A stretch of DNA of 59,085 nt from a bacterium (GCA_021815205.1 JAKAHD010000005.1:1-59085); one strand, 5' to 3'. Counted from the first letter of the stretch, positions 42,456-52,347 are shown. Notes: generated by a model not told the origin, from the sequence alone. Numbers and translations: made by a program.

Positions 42456-43799
42456 ATGGAACTCTCTGCTTTATTTTTTATTTTATACATAGCGATTGTG
42501 GTAGTTATCGGTATCGTTTCCTCTAGAAAAGAAACCGAGGACGATTTCATGATTGCCGAACGAAAGGTTCAGGGCGTTCAGGTGGCGGCCACCATGAGCG
42601 CCGGTTTTTTTGATGGTGCAACTTTGTCAATTTATCTTGCATATATTTATCTCTATGGTTTTTCGGCAATCTGGCTTTTTGTTGGTATTGCACTCGGATT
42701 TTTGCTGGTAAGGAAATATGCTCATAAAATCAAACAGAAAGCCGACGAACTGAAAGTGTATTCCATGCCGGAATACTTTTTCAGAATTTTGGGAAAGAAA
42801 AATGGCCTCATGTTTTCTTTCTTTTTGGTGCTCCAATTTTTTCTTTTGCTCATCGTCAATTTGATAATTAGCGGCAAAGTTTTGGCGGCCATTTTTCCTG
42901 TCCCATATTTTCTAGCGGTCATAATTGGCGGAGTAATCGTTTTGACATACTTGTTGCTTGCTGGATTCAAAGCAGTAGTGCGAACAGATTTTTTCCAAAT
43001 GATCATCATGTTCATCATGACTTTTTCAGTCGCAATATTTCTTTTTGGCAAGACCAACATCCCCGTTTCAGAATTTAATCTTGGTACTTTGGGAATTGGC
43101 AATATCATCGGCTTTCTCATTCTCGCGGGCTTTGGAATTATGGTTGCGCCAGATTTGTGGCAGAGAATTTTTGCAACAAAAGACGAGCAGAATTTGAAGC
43201 GCGGACTTACATATTCAGCTTTGATATTGCCAATTCTTGGAATAGTCATTAGCGTTGTTGGTCTTGCCACAAAAACAGCATTTCCAAATATTGTGCCGGA
43301 AGACGCTTTGGTAACTGGCTTCTCACATCTGCTTCCTTTCGGACTAAAAGAGTTTGGCATGGTTTTACTGTATGCGGTTGCGCTTTCGTCTTCCGACACG
43401 GTTACTTTCGTTGTTTCATCCATTTTTACCCGCGACCTCAAAAACTATTCTCAAAGGTATAGCGAGGAATCAATGAAAAAACTTACTCGTTTTTTCATGA
43501 TTGTTTTTATCGCACTTGCTTCGCTCATCGCCATTTTTTACCAAAACATTTTGGCACTTGGTTTTTCGCTCGCAAGTTTGAACCTCGCTCTATTCCCAAT
43601 AGTTTTTGGGTCGCTCTATTGGAAGCTGAAACAACGAGCAGTTTTTTGGAGTTTGGTTTTTGGATTTGTGAGCATTCTCGTTTTGTTTGTCACTAACCAA
43701 CTCAATCCTCAAAACGCGGTTGTCTCACTTCCGGTCGTCTTGTTCTCGTTGCTCATATTCCAAAAACTATTTAGAATGGAGCCTGCGGCTACTGCTTGA
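42456..43799 (+). CDS. Sodium:solute symporter (SSS) family transporter
   Basis: About 12 TM segments. The N-terminus, ...GIVSSRKETEDDFMIAERKV...AATMSAGFF, is typical of SSF proteins. The start lies 12 nt after IR-B, and the stop 13 nt before IR-B'. Confidence 0.75.
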   Translation: MELSALFFILYIAIVVVIGIVSSRKETEDDFMIAERKVQGVQVAATMSAGFFDGATLSIYLAYIYLYGFSAIWLFVGIALGFLLVRKYAHKIKQKADELKVYSMPEYFFRILGKKNGLMFSFFLVLQFFLLLIVNLIISGKVLAAIFPVPYFLAVIIGGVIVLTYLLLAGFKAVVRTDFFQMIIMFIMTFSVAIFLFGKTNIPVSEFNLGTLGIGNIIGFLILAGFGIMVAPDLWQRIFATKDEQNLKRGLTYSALILPILGIVISVVGLATKTAFPNIVPEDALVTGFSHLLPFGLKEFGMVLLYAVALSSSDTVTFVVSSIFTRDLKNYSQRYSEESMKKLTRFFMIVFIALASLIAIFYQNILALGFSLASLNLALFPIVFGSLYWKLKQRAVFWSLVFGFVSILVLFVTNQLNPQNAVVSLPVVLFSLLIFQKLFRMEPAATA

Positions 43800-43812
43800 T
43801 TTTCAAGGAACT

Positions 43813-43966
43813 GCGCCGTTTTGAAATTTCCGAAAGCGAGGGCGCGGCGGAATTCCTCCCCCCAACCCCCTCCTTCCGCCACGCCCGAGCGGGTTTCTGG
43901 GACTTGGCGAAATTGCGTCAGCAATTTCGTTCAAAATGGGTTCGCGCTACATTCAGAATATCCCAC
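43813..43966. repeat. IR-B' (154 bp)
   Basis: Exact reverse complement of 42290-42443. Confidence 0.95.
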
Positions 43967-43967
43967 A

Positions 43968-43998
43968 GGGGAAGGATGGCGGAGAGGTCTAACGCACC
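43968..43998 (+). pseudogene. 5' fragment of a class II (Leu/Ser-type) tRNA
   Basis: GGGGAAGGATGGCGGAGAGGTCTAACGCACC has acceptor-strand plus D-arm features. It breaks off before the anticodon loop. Confidence 0.45.
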
Positions 43999-44013
43999 TT
44001 TTTAATATAGAGC

Positions 44014-44103
44014 GGTGGGGTGGCCGAGTGGTTTAAGGCGGTAGTCTTGAAAACTGCTGTGCCCGAAAGGGCACCGTGAGTTCGAATCTCACCCCCACCG
44101 CCA
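44014..44103 (+). tRNA. tRNA-Ser (TGA), with encoded CCA
   Basis: Acceptor GGTGGGG/CCCCACC, anticodon loop CTTGAAA, variable arm TGTGCCCGAAAGGGCACC, T-arm GTGAG-TTCGAAT-CTCAC. The last 8 nt belong to IR-C. Confidence 0.9.
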
Positions 44104-45597
44104 AAATTGAAAATCGGAATTGGAAGCCGAGATGGGGTCGCGCCGCAGGCGCGACACAAACGCATTCCCGCCAAAAATTCCCGAATCCAAAAGGTTTTTC
44201 CACGCTCCGCGTGGCTCAAAAAGTACGGTTCGATCCTTAATTTGAAAGTTCGAACCGACTTTTTTGAACAAATGAAGTTTTTCTTCATTTGTTCCCTCGT
44301 TTGCCAATTCCATATTGTATTTCAAAAACTTTTCGGTAAGTTCGAACCGATTATTCGCTTTTTGCTCAAAAGCCGATAATTTCTCTTTGAGAAGCTGTTT
44401 TGAGGCAACCAGCGCACTCTTGGCGTCACGATATTCTTCTAGCGAAAGTGCGCTCTCCAAATACGCATTCATCAGCTTCTCAATTTTGGAATCTAAAAGA
44501 GAAATTTCGGCTTTCGTAGAGTCTGCAAAAAGCGTAGAGGATTGGGCTTCACTCAATATATCTTTTCTATTTTCCGCTAACATCCAAGAAGCCCAATCGT
44601 CTGGCAAAGAAACTTTTTTGATTTCCTTTTGTATTTCGGAAGTGATGATTTCTTCGCGAGTATATTTTTGAGTACAAGGATTTTTCCGTTTGGTACATCG
44701 CAAATAGTTATGACCTTTTTGCGTTTCGGTGGTGATAAAGCAACCGCACTCGCCACAACGGAAAAATCCGCGATACAAAAATGGTTTCAAACCTCGCGAC
44801 TTCGGCTTAGATTTTCTCATCATCACTTCCTGAACGGAATCAAAAAGTTTCTTTGAAATAATCGGTTCGTGCTTGCCCTCAAAAATCTCTCCGTTATACC
44901 GCATTAGACCCGTGTAAATAGGATTTTTGAGAAGTTTTTGATAATTCGACACCGCAAGTTCCTTTCCGCTTTTTCGCTTCAATCCAAGCGCGTTAAATTT
45001 GTCGCGGAGTTCTCGCAAAGTGAAGTTTCCAGTGGAATATGCCTCAAATGTCTTTTTGATAAGAGGCGCGATATTCTCATCAGGCACGATTTGTTTGTTT
45101 TTGTTCACATAGCCAAGGGGCGACATTTGAGGCCATATTCCGTCCTTCACTTTGTTTCTATGTCCGCGCTTGATATTTTCACTTAGGTTGTCCACATAAT
45201 ACTTGGATTGCGAAAAAGCGATTGAAAGCATGAACTTGCCTTGCGGTGTCGGATCAAACCAAAAAGTTGGGAATTTCATTTCTGAAATTACGCCAGTATC
45301 AACGAGGTAGATGATTTTTCCGCCATCTACCGAGTTGCGAGCAAGTCTATCGGGATGCCACGCCAAAATACCAGTGGCTTCGCCTTTTTCCATTCTTTCC
45401 AACATCTCACCAAACACGGGGCGACCTGGTATTTTGGCGGTCTGCTTCTCGACAAAGACATCTATCACTTCCAGTTGTTCTTTCAACGCGAGTTCCTTTA
45501 ACTCCGAAAGTTGGTCAGAAATACTGCGGACTTGCCGGTCTTTGTCGTCCGTAGATTTGCGAGTATAGATGAAAAACTTTTTGGTTTGATTATTCAT
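44089..45597 (-). CDS. Large serine recombinase 2
   Basis: KFFIYTRKSTDD, HPDRLARN, zinc ribbon CGECGC...CTKRKNPC, and a coiled coil. Homologous to recombinase 1. The ATG at 45597 is preferred over the ORF-track start at 45714, which lies in IR-C'. The last ~40 codons lie in IR-C. Confidence 0.9.
   Translation of the reverse strand: MNNQTKKFFIYTRKSTDDKDRQVRSISDQLSELKELALKEQLEVIDVFVEKQTAKIPGRPVFGEMLERMEKGEATGILAWHPDRLARNSVDGGKIIYLVDTGVISEMKFPTFWFDPTPQGKFMLSIAFSQSKYYVDNLSENIKRGHRNKVKDGIWPQMSPLGYVNKNKQIVPDENIAPLIKKTFEAYSTGNFTLRELRDKFNALGLKRKSGKELAVSNYQKLLKNPIYTGLMRYNGEIFEGKHEPIISKKLFDSVQEVMMRKSKPKSRGLKPFLYRGFFRCGECGCFITTETQKGHNYLRCTKRKNPCTQKYTREEIITSEIQKEIKKVSLPDDWASWMLAENRKDILSEAQSSTLFADSTKAEISLLDSKIEKLMNAYLESALSLEEYRDAKSALVASKQLLKEKLSAFEQKANNRFELTEKFLKYNMELANEGTNEEKLHLFKKVGSNFQIKDRTVLFEPRGAWKNLLDSGIFGGNAFVSRLRRDPISASNSDFQFWRWG
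44096..44217. repeat. IR-C (122 bp)
   Basis: Reverse complement of 45617-45738 with 1 mismatch. Contains hairpin GGTCGCGCC-GCA-GGCGCGAC. Confidence 0.95.
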
Positions 45598-45616
45598 AAT
45601 TGTATTGGCAAACGAG

Positions 45617-45738
45617 GAGCCACGCGGAGCGTGGAAAAACCTTTTGGATGCGGGAATTTTTGGCGGGAATGCGTTTGTGTCGCGCCTGCGGCGCGACCCC
45701 ATCTCGGCTTCCAATTCCGATTTTCAATTTTGGCGGTG
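45617..45738. repeat. IR-C' (122 bp)
   Basis: Reverse complement of 44096-44217. Overlaps IR-D by CGGTG. Confidence 0.95.
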
Positions 45739-45946
45739 TGTATTGGACGAAGTTCGAATGTATTTCGGACAAAATCCGCAGGATTTTGACGAATGACACT
45801 TGCGCCTCGGCCGCGCTCGACAAGCTCGCGCGGGGCAAAACCCAAAAATTTCCTATCATTTTTATTAGCGGCTCCCCCCACACCCCCCGCCGCAAAGCGG
45901 AACATTTGAAAGGAAGGAAATTTTTGGGTTTGCCGCCGCCACTTCA
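45734..45946. repeat. IR-D (213 bp)
   Basis: Exact reverse complement of 52348-52560. Confidence 0.95.
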
Positions 45947-45976
45947 ATTTCAACATACTTGTAATATATCACATTA

Positions 45977-46006
45977 TTGTTATACAACACAATAATTTGC
46001 TACAAT
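45977..46006 (+). promoter_or_regulatory. Putative promoter of the element-2 cargo operon
   Basis: TTGTTA, 18 nt, TGcTACAAT (extended -10). Confidence 0.45.
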
Positions 46007-46018
46007 ACATCTGTGAAT

Positions 46019-46225
46019 ATGAAAACCCCAACATCAAGACTTGGCAAAAACATCAAACGCATACGCGAGCAAAAGGAAATGAGCCAAGGCGACATTTGCC
46101 GCGCGGTCGGGCTTGATCGTGCCCAAATGAGCAATATTGAAGCGGGCAAAGGCAATCCCACGCTTGCCACGATCGAAAAAATCGCTCAAGCGTTGGGAGT
46201 AACAAGCGACGAGCTTTTGAAATAG
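46019..46225 (+). CDS. XRE-family helix-turn-helix regulator
   Basis: LGKNIKRIREQKEMSQGDICRAVGLDRAQMSNIEAGKGNPTLATIEKIAQALGV is a canonical HTH_3. Confidence 0.8.
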   Translation: MKTPTSRLGKNIKRIREQKEMSQGDICRAVGLDRAQMSNIEAGKGNPTLATIEKIAQALGVTSDELLK

Positions 46226-46227
46226 TT

Positions 46228-46950
46228 ATGGCAAAACAACAAACAAACAATCAATTTAGAAAAATCAGAGTTTATATCCGTTTTTTCGGATTGCCATTAC
46301 TGCTTGTGATAGTGGCAATTGTTGGTTGGTTTTTTACACCAAATGACCTTAGTAATTTCAAAAGCACATTGGTTGGTACTCTGCTCAGTATCGGAATAAC
46401 ACTTGCCGCCGCCGAGGGTTTCAGAAAACTGGCTGAATACAAACGAGTAAAGAAAACTTTTGGTTTGTTAAAGCTGGTTACCATTCCCTATCTTAAGAAT
46501 CAGTCGGAGAATCTTGAAGCTACAATGAAACAATACAACGACATCTGTTCTATTGAGCAGTCGGTCCTGTTTTTCGCGCAGTGCTCCCAGTTAGACAAAA
46601 TTGCGACAAACTTTGATAAAAGCTGGCTACAACTTATGTATTCGCAAGATTTCCTAGACGCAGTGAATAGCGATGACCATTTTAACAAAATAGCGAATGC
46701 TATTTTCGAAGTTTTGCTTTTTATCAAACAGCTATCTTCACAATCAGCAAATGCTCAAATCAACCTCCATAATGATTTTTCAAAACTAACGAAGGAGCAA
46801 CAAGAGGAATTTATCAATCGTGCCAAACAAATGCGGGACGGATTGAAAGAAAATATTGAGAAGTTGTCAAAATACACGGGAAAATTGGACGAGGAGATAT
46901 TAAAGTCTCTGAATGCGACAGGGACAAATTATTCGGAGTTTGATAGATAA
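46228..46950 (+). CDS. Hypothetical 2-TM membrane protein
   Basis: Two N-terminal TM helices, then a ~160-aa soluble domain with no recognisable motif. Confidence 0.55.
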   Translation: MAKQQTNNQFRKIRVYIRFFGLPLLLVIVAIVGWFFTPNDLSNFKSTLVGTLLSIGITLAAAEGFRKLAEYKRVKKTFGLLKLVTIPYLKNQSENLEATMKQYNDICSIEQSVLFFAQCSQLDKIATNFDKSWLQLMYSQDFLDAVNSDDHFNKIANAIFEVLLFIKQLSSQSANAQINLHNDFSKLTKEQQEEFINRAKQMRDGLKENIEKLSKYTGKLDEEILKSLNATGTNYSEFDR

Positions 46951-46954
46951 TTCT

Positions 46955-48658
46955 ATGACCGAAAAAGATTTACAAAAGAAAGTAGTGGAGCTGGAAGCTC
47001 AAATCAGGAAACTCAAGAAAAGCAATCTCGGGCTGGTTTTTGAGGACAAAACGGAAGACGTTGTTGAGCAATCAAAAGTCAAAGTTCCTGTTTTGAAAGA
47101 AGTCGTCAAAAACCGCCTTGATTTGAGCGAGGAGTATCCGAATAACTTGATGATAGAGGGAGACAATTACCTTGCACTTTCGGTTCTTAACTATACACAC
47201 AAAAAGAGCATTGACCTCATCTACATTGATCCGCCGTACAACACTGGCGCAAAAAATTGGAAGTACAACAATGACTATGTAGATAAGGACGATGAATACC
47301 GACACAGCAAGTGGCTTTCGTTTATGCGTCATCGCCTTAATCTTGCGAAAAACTTGTTGAGAGATGATGGTGTGTTAATTTGCGCGATTGACGACAATGA
47401 ACAGGCACACTTGGGCGTTCTTTTTGAACAAATGTTTCCCGCGTATGATCAATATCCGATTGTAATAATTCACAATCCAGGTGGTACACAGGGAAATAAC
47501 TTTCACTTTACACACGAATACGCAATATTTTTGGTACCAAAGAATAAGACACTGATTGGTCTGCAAGATAGAACTGATAACCCGGATGTGAGACCGTTGC
47601 GCGATGTTTCAACAGGAAATCACTTGCGGGAAGATGCAAAAAACTGTTTTTATCCAATTTTTGTTAAAAACGGAAAGATAATTGGTTTCGGTGATGTAAG
47701 TCCAGACTCTTTCCATCCGAAATCAGCAAATGTGGTACGCAGAGATGGAGTGACTGAGATTTATCCGATAGACCCAAGTGGTAATGAAAGAAAGTGGGTG
47801 TTTGCTCGACAGACGGTGGAGAGTATAAAAGACGAATTGGCGGTGATAGAAAACAGAAGTAGAAAGATCATTGACATTGTTAGAACAAAAACAATGTTTA
47901 ACTATAAGACTGTTTGGACAGACGGCAAGTATAACGCCAATATTTTTGGAACAAAACTTTTGCGCGAGATTTTGCCAAATTGCGATTTTGATTTTCCAAA
48001 GTCACTTTATACAGTTTATGACTGCCTCTTTGCGGTTGTCGGTCAGCGTCCACACGCAAATGTTTTGGACTTTTTCGCTGGGTCTGGCACAACCGGACAC
48101 GCCGTTTTGGAAATGAACAAAATTGACGGCGGCACTCGCAAGTTTATTCTTTGCACAAACAACGAAAACAACAATGGCGGAAACGGCGGGATTGCCGAAT
48201 CGGTTTGCTATCCGCGAATAAAGGCAGTCATTAACGGATACAAGAACAAAAAGAGCAAAAAAGTCGCTGGTATTCCGAGCAATCTTTTTTACTACCAAAC
48301 GGATCTCGTGGACATTGAGCAAATCCACAAGGTACCGGACGAGGCGAAAATACGCATTACTTACCAAGCGGGAGAAATGATCGCCGTCCGAGAGGACGCA
48401 CTCAACGAAGTTGAAAAAAATGACTGGTGGCAGATTTTTGAGGGGAAGGACAAACTCGTGGCGATTTACTTCAAGGAAGACAAAGCAAAACTAGCGGAGC
48501 TCATTGCCAAATTGGAAAAGAAAAATCTGCCGACGGCTTTGTATATTTTCAGTTGGGGCAAGAACGAATACAAAGGCGAATATTCCAGTGTGAATATCAG
48601 AGTCGAGGATATTCCGGAGCCGATTATCGAAGTTTATAAAGAACTCAACCGAGTATAA
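46955..48658 (+). CDS. Type III-like (beta-class) N6/N4 DNA methyltransferase (Mod)
   Basis: DLIYIDPPYNTG (motif IV) precedes LDFFAGSGTTGHAV (motif I). The ATG lies 4 nt after the upstream stop. Confidence 0.85.
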   Translation: MTEKDLQKKVVELEAQIRKLKKSNLGLVFEDKTEDVVEQSKVKVPVLKEVVKNRLDLSEEYPNNLMIEGDNYLALSVLNYTHKKSIDLIYIDPPYNTGAKNWKYNNDYVDKDDEYRHSKWLSFMRHRLNLAKNLLRDDGVLICAIDDNEQAHLGVLFEQMFPAYDQYPIVIIHNPGGTQGNNFHFTHEYAIFLVPKNKTLIGLQDRTDNPDVRPLRDVSTGNHLREDAKNCFYPIFVKNGKIIGFGDVSPDSFHPKSANVVRRDGVTEIYPIDPSGNERKWVFARQTVESIKDELAVIENRSRKIIDIVRTKTMFNYKTVWTDGKYNANIFGTKLLREILPNCDFDFPKSLYTVYDCLFAVVGQRPHANVLDFFAGSGTTGHAVLEMNKIDGGTRKFILCTNNENNNGGNGGIAESVCYPRIKAVINGYKNKKSKKVAGIPSNLFYYQTDLVDIEQIHKVPDEAKIRITYQAGEMIAVREDALNEVEKNDWWQIFEGKDKLVAIYFKEDKAKLAELIAKLEKKNLPTALYIFSWGKNEYKGEYSSVNIRVEDIPEPIIEVYKELNRV

Positions 48659-48662
48659 AACT

Positions 48663-50951
48663 ATGTTTGCGCTAAAACCATTTCAAGAAACAGTAATATC
48701 ACAGCTCAAAGATCAGTTTTTGAGTTTGTGGAAATTGCCAAATCAAAATATCCCGCTCGTTTTCAAATCACCCACCGGAAGCGGTAAGACAATAATGTTG
48801 GCGCAATTTTTGCGCGACATCGTGAGCGACCCGCGTTTTGCGGGCAATGATGTGGCATTTGTATGGTTCTCATTCAGTGAGGATTCCTACGAACAGAGCA
48901 AGAAAAAACTTTTTGACTACTACGGCGGAGCAAGCGAGCTTGATTTGATTGACCTCAATGATCTGTCGCGCGAGAAGCTACGCCAAAACGATGTCTTTTT
49001 CATAAACTGGCAGAAAATCAAAGGCAAAAGTAAAGACAGCCGAAAATTGCGTCGCGAAAATGAGCAGGGTTTGACTTTTGATAATTTCATCAACGAAACG
49101 CACGAAGCGGGACGCAAAATTGTCGTAATTATTGACGAGGAACATATCGGAAGCGACACCGACCTTGCGCTGGAAGTGGTGGAAGGGCTTATCAAGCCGA
49201 AAATCACGCTCCGCGTGTCGGCAACGCCGAAATACATCCCTACCCGCGCCGATACCGCCGGATATGTTGAGGTCAAGCGAAATGAAGTTGTTGAGGCGGG
49301 GTTGATCAAAGAGAAAATCGTTTTCCAAACAGAGGAAGATTTAGAGCAGAAAGCCGTCAAGAAACTTGACCAAGACGAAATGCTTTTGGAGCTTGCCTAT
49401 AATAAACGGCTAGAGTTGATTGAGCTGTACAAAAAGCTCGGCGTTGAAGTCAATCCGCTTGTTTTGATTCAACTCCCGAACGACGATCAAGCGACAAAGG
49501 AAACTGGTGATACGAACAAGCAAACGATTGTGCTTGAGTACCTAAAACGCAAAGGTGTGAAAAGCGACGAGATCGCCGTTTGGCTCTCCAAAGAAAAGGA
49601 AAATCTTGAGGACTTGGAAAAGAGCAACTCGCCGGTTTCATTCCTCTTGTTCAAGCAAGCCGCTGCAACCGGCTGGGATTGTCCGCGCGCGGGTGTTTTG
49701 GTAATGTTCCGCGAAATTAAGAATCCAACTTTTGCGATACAAACAGTCGGGCGCATTTTGCGTATGCCGTTCGGATCGCATTTTGCTCATCCAGAACTTA
49801 ATCTTGGCTATCTTTACACCAACTACAAACGCAACGAGGTTTTGGCGGAGTACGCCAAGTCCAAAACCGAAAATCGTCCCGCAATCAATGGCAGTTATCG
49901 CAAAAAGAATGTTGAGCCACTAAAGCTGGAATCCGTCTTTATGATGCGCGCGGACTATAACGACTTGGGCGATTCTTTCCAAATGACATTCAAGCAAGTA
50001 GCGGACAAAAAACTGGACACCAAGAAACTCAATCTAAAACCGAAAGTGACAAACGGCTTGATTGTCGGCGTGGAAATTGACGACTACGACAATTTCACCA
50101 AAGAGCTGTTTGAGGAGGGTGGAAGTTATGACGAAGAAATGTCCCGCCACGACCTTGAGCGGCTGTATAACTTACTGTGCTTTAAAATTGTCGCCAAGCA
50201 AACCGACGAAAACCGCAAATTCGCGCCGGAGCGTTCTTGGGGCAAACTCAAGACCGCGCTGAACATTTATCTTATGGAGAAACTCAAGATTTCCCGCGCT
50301 GACGCTTACAAAATTATTGTGAATGATTTGGTAAGCGAGGCAGGCGCGCTTGCGCCAGTTATTGGCGATGCGCTTTTGGCTTATCGTCCACTCCGCGAGC
50401 AGGAAGTAAATAAGAAAGCGGCACGCGCAAAGCGCGTAGAGCATATTGAAATACCACGCGAGGCGTTATTTTTCACCGACCAATATGAGGAGCTGAATGT
50501 TAAGAAGGCCGCAATGGAGCCGTTTTGGTTTGAAAAAATCCCTGCTGGATTGTTTGGAGGTACGAACAATGAAAGAAAATTTATTGACTTCCTCGAATCT
50601 CCAAAAAATAAAAGTATCATTTGGTGGCATAAAAACGGCGACACCGGAAGCGAACATTTTTCAATTTCCTTTTACAATCCCGACGAGAACAAGGAAAAAC
50701 TTTTTTATCCCGACTGGATCGTAAAGACGAAAAACGGTGTTTTGATTGTTGATACAAAAGCCGGAATTACTGCCGAAAGCAACGACACGAAATACAAAGC
50801 GGAAGCTCTGCAGGCATGGCTCAAAGGCAGGAAAGGTTTTGACGGCGGCATTGCCGTTCAAGACGGACCAAACGGCTGGAAAATAAATCGCAATGCCAAA
50901 TACTCGCACGATTCATCGCTCAAAGGCTGGGATGTCCTTGATTTGAAATAG
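48663..50951 (+). CDS. Type III restriction enzyme Res-like helicase-nuclease
   Basis: FKSPTGSGKT, VVIIDEEH, RVSATP, and a C-terminal PD-(D/E)xK-like FYPDWIV...IVDTKAG. Confidence 0.8.
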   Translation: MFALKPFQETVISQLKDQFLSLWKLPNQNIPLVFKSPTGSGKTIMLAQFLRDIVSDPRFAGNDVAFVWFSFSEDSYEQSKKKLFDYYGGASELDLIDLNDLSREKLRQNDVFFINWQKIKGKSKDSRKLRRENEQGLTFDNFINETHEAGRKIVVIIDEEHIGSDTDLALEVVEGLIKPKITLRVSATPKYIPTRADTAGYVEVKRNEVVEAGLIKEKIVFQTEEDLEQKAVKKLDQDEMLLELAYNKRLELIELYKKLGVEVNPLVLIQLPNDDQATKETGDTNKQTIVLEYLKRKGVKSDEIAVWLSKEKENLEDLEKSNSPVSFLLFKQAAATGWDCPRAGVLVMFREIKNPTFAIQTVGRILRMPFGSHFAHPELNLGYLYTNYKRNEVLAEYAKSKTENRPAINGSYRKKNVEPLKLESVFMMRADYNDLGDSFQMTFKQVADKKLDTKKLNLKPKVTNGLIVGVEIDDYDNFTKELFEEGGSYDEEMSRHDLERLYNLLCFKIVAKQTDENRKFAPERSWGKLKTALNIYLMEKLKISRADAYKIIVNDLVSEAGALAPVIGDALLAYRPLREQEVNKKAARAKRVEHIEIPREALFFTDQYEELNVKKAAMEPFWFEKIPAGLFGGTNNERKFIDFLESPKNKSIIWWHKNGDTGSEHFSISFYNPDENKEKLFYPDWIVKTKNGVLIVDTKAGITAESNDTKYKAEALQAWLKGRKGFDGGIAVQDGPNGWKINRNAKYSHDSSLKGWDVLDLK

Positions 50952-50953
50952 TT

Positions 50954-52054
50954 ATGAATATTTCTTGGATAAAAAATTTGATAGAGAAAATAAATATTTC
51001 ATTTTCTTCAAAGAAGATAAATTCTCCTTCAGTCAAGATAAAAAATGAGACCGAAAACAGGATTGATAAAGCAATTATTTATCAAGGATTATCATATTCT
51101 GATGCTAAAGATTTAGTTGAATCAGTAATTGACCAGAAGTTAATGGTTTTTAAAAATGAGGCGAAACTTGAATATGAAAATCGAGCCAATGAGTTTGGTA
51201 GCCTTTTAAAAGAAAAGCTATCAGGCCTCCCCGAAGAAGAAATTGCAAAACTAAAAGACCCCGATACTCAACTTGCTTTATTAGAAGCTGCGACAATAAG
51301 TGGTAGAAAGCAAAATAAGGATTTGCGAGGAGTTTTGGCCGATTTAGTAATTCACAGAATTAAAAATGACCAGACAGGAAAAGAGGAATTGAAAAATATA
51401 GTTTACAACGAGGCCATATCAACAATAGGGAAAATAACATCTGATCAGCTGAAAATTATTACCCTATGTTATCTGTTGAGATATGTTTCTTTTTTAAACA
51501 TAAATTCTTGGGAGGCGTTTCAGGACTATTTTTCGAAAAACATTTCACCATTTATTGATTTCAATAATTCTGATTCACAATTTCAACATATTGAATACGC
51601 TGGGTGTGGAAGTATAGGTATAGGTTCATGGAGTTTAGATAAAATCTATCAACTCGAATATGCTTTTTTGTTTCAAAATGACATAACAGAGCAGGAAATC
51701 ACAGAATTAGGGATTGATGATGAGTTAAAAAACAAGTTTATTGGAAAAAAAGAGAGTGGCGGTTTCATAATTCGATTGAGAAACAAACAAGCTCTTGAAA
51801 AGTATCTTGACGATCAAAATACGGAAACAGAAACAAAAAAGAAAATAGTAGATTTATATGAGCGTAAAATAAAATCTACTGGCGATGTAAGAAAGGAGGT
51901 TGAAGAAAAAATTGATATCGGAAAGAAAGTTTTTGAGGTATGGGAAAAGAATTTGAAGCACTTAAATTTGACTTCTGTGGGGATCGCTATCGGAGCTACA
52001 TATTTTGAGCAGATAACTGGAGAAAAGATTGATATAAATATCTGGATAAATTAA
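50954..52054 (+). CDS. Hypothetical 366-aa protein co-transcribed with mod/res
   Basis: Starts 2 nt after the res stop. AT-rich, with no recognisable motif. Confidence 0.55.
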   Translation: MNISWIKNLIEKINISFSSKKINSPSVKIKNETENRIDKAIIYQGLSYSDAKDLVESVIDQKLMVFKNEAKLEYENRANEFGSLLKEKLSGLPEEEIAKLKDPDTQLALLEAATISGRKQNKDLRGVLADLVIHRIKNDQTGKEELKNIVYNEAISTIGKITSDQLKIITLCYLLRYVSFLNINSWEAFQDYFSKNISPFIDFNNSDSQFQHIEYAGCGSIGIGSWSLDKIYQLEYAFLFQNDITEQEITELGIDDELKNKFIGKKESGGFIIRLRNKQALEKYLDDQNTETETKKKIVDLYERKIKSTGDVRKEVEEKIDIGKKVFEVWEKNLKHLNLTSVGIAIGATYFEQITGEKIDINIWIN

Positions 52055-52347
52055 GGGAGCTGCCCGCGTCAGCGGGTGGGCTTGTGCGCGCACTGGGCGG
52101 GTGGGGCAAGCACAAGAGCTACCACGAACACCGCCGAAGCTACGGAGCGAACACGAAGCAAGCACCGAGCAGGCATCGCGAGCGAAGCGAGCGGCCAGTG
52201 CGAGGTGCTTGCGAAGTATGAGCGGACTACCGAACTACCACCAAACGCGGGGATGGGAGCGCCTCGGGCCGACGCAAACGACGGAGAAAAGGCGGGCGTA
52301 AAACTGGCAAAAATGCTAAACTATACCTATAAGCCTTTTTGGAGGAG
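52055..52347. other. GC-rich (~60% by eye) non-coding block inside AT-rich element 2
   Basis: Several stems are present: CCCGC/GCGGG, GCTTGTGC/GCACAAG-GC, and GCAAGCACC...GGTGCTTGC (9 bp). The GAAGC/GAGCG motif recurs. No convincing ORF. Confidence 0.5.

Larger units (their letters stand above)
40604..43966. mobile_element. Integrated large-serine-recombinase element 1 (~3.36 kb) at the tRNA-Ala 3' end
   Basis: The element is bounded by a CCAC core at 40604-40607 and another at 43963-43966. An inverted copy of the core lies at 42290-42293, between IR-A' and IR-B. It carries recombinase 1 and a symporter. Confidence 0.7.

Noticed and set aside
42146-42550. Pairs of near-identical small ORFs (42136..42435 and 43821..44036; 42332..42526 and 43709..43924; 45594..45956 and 52347..52571; 45590..45895 and 52399..52611)
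   Set aside because: They occur in duplicate only because they lie inside IR-A/B/C/D. They have no RBS, and their composition is dominated by the repeats.
42722-43441. 239-aa minus-strand ORF
   Set aside because: It is antisense to the symporter gene. It has no TM or motif logic of its own.
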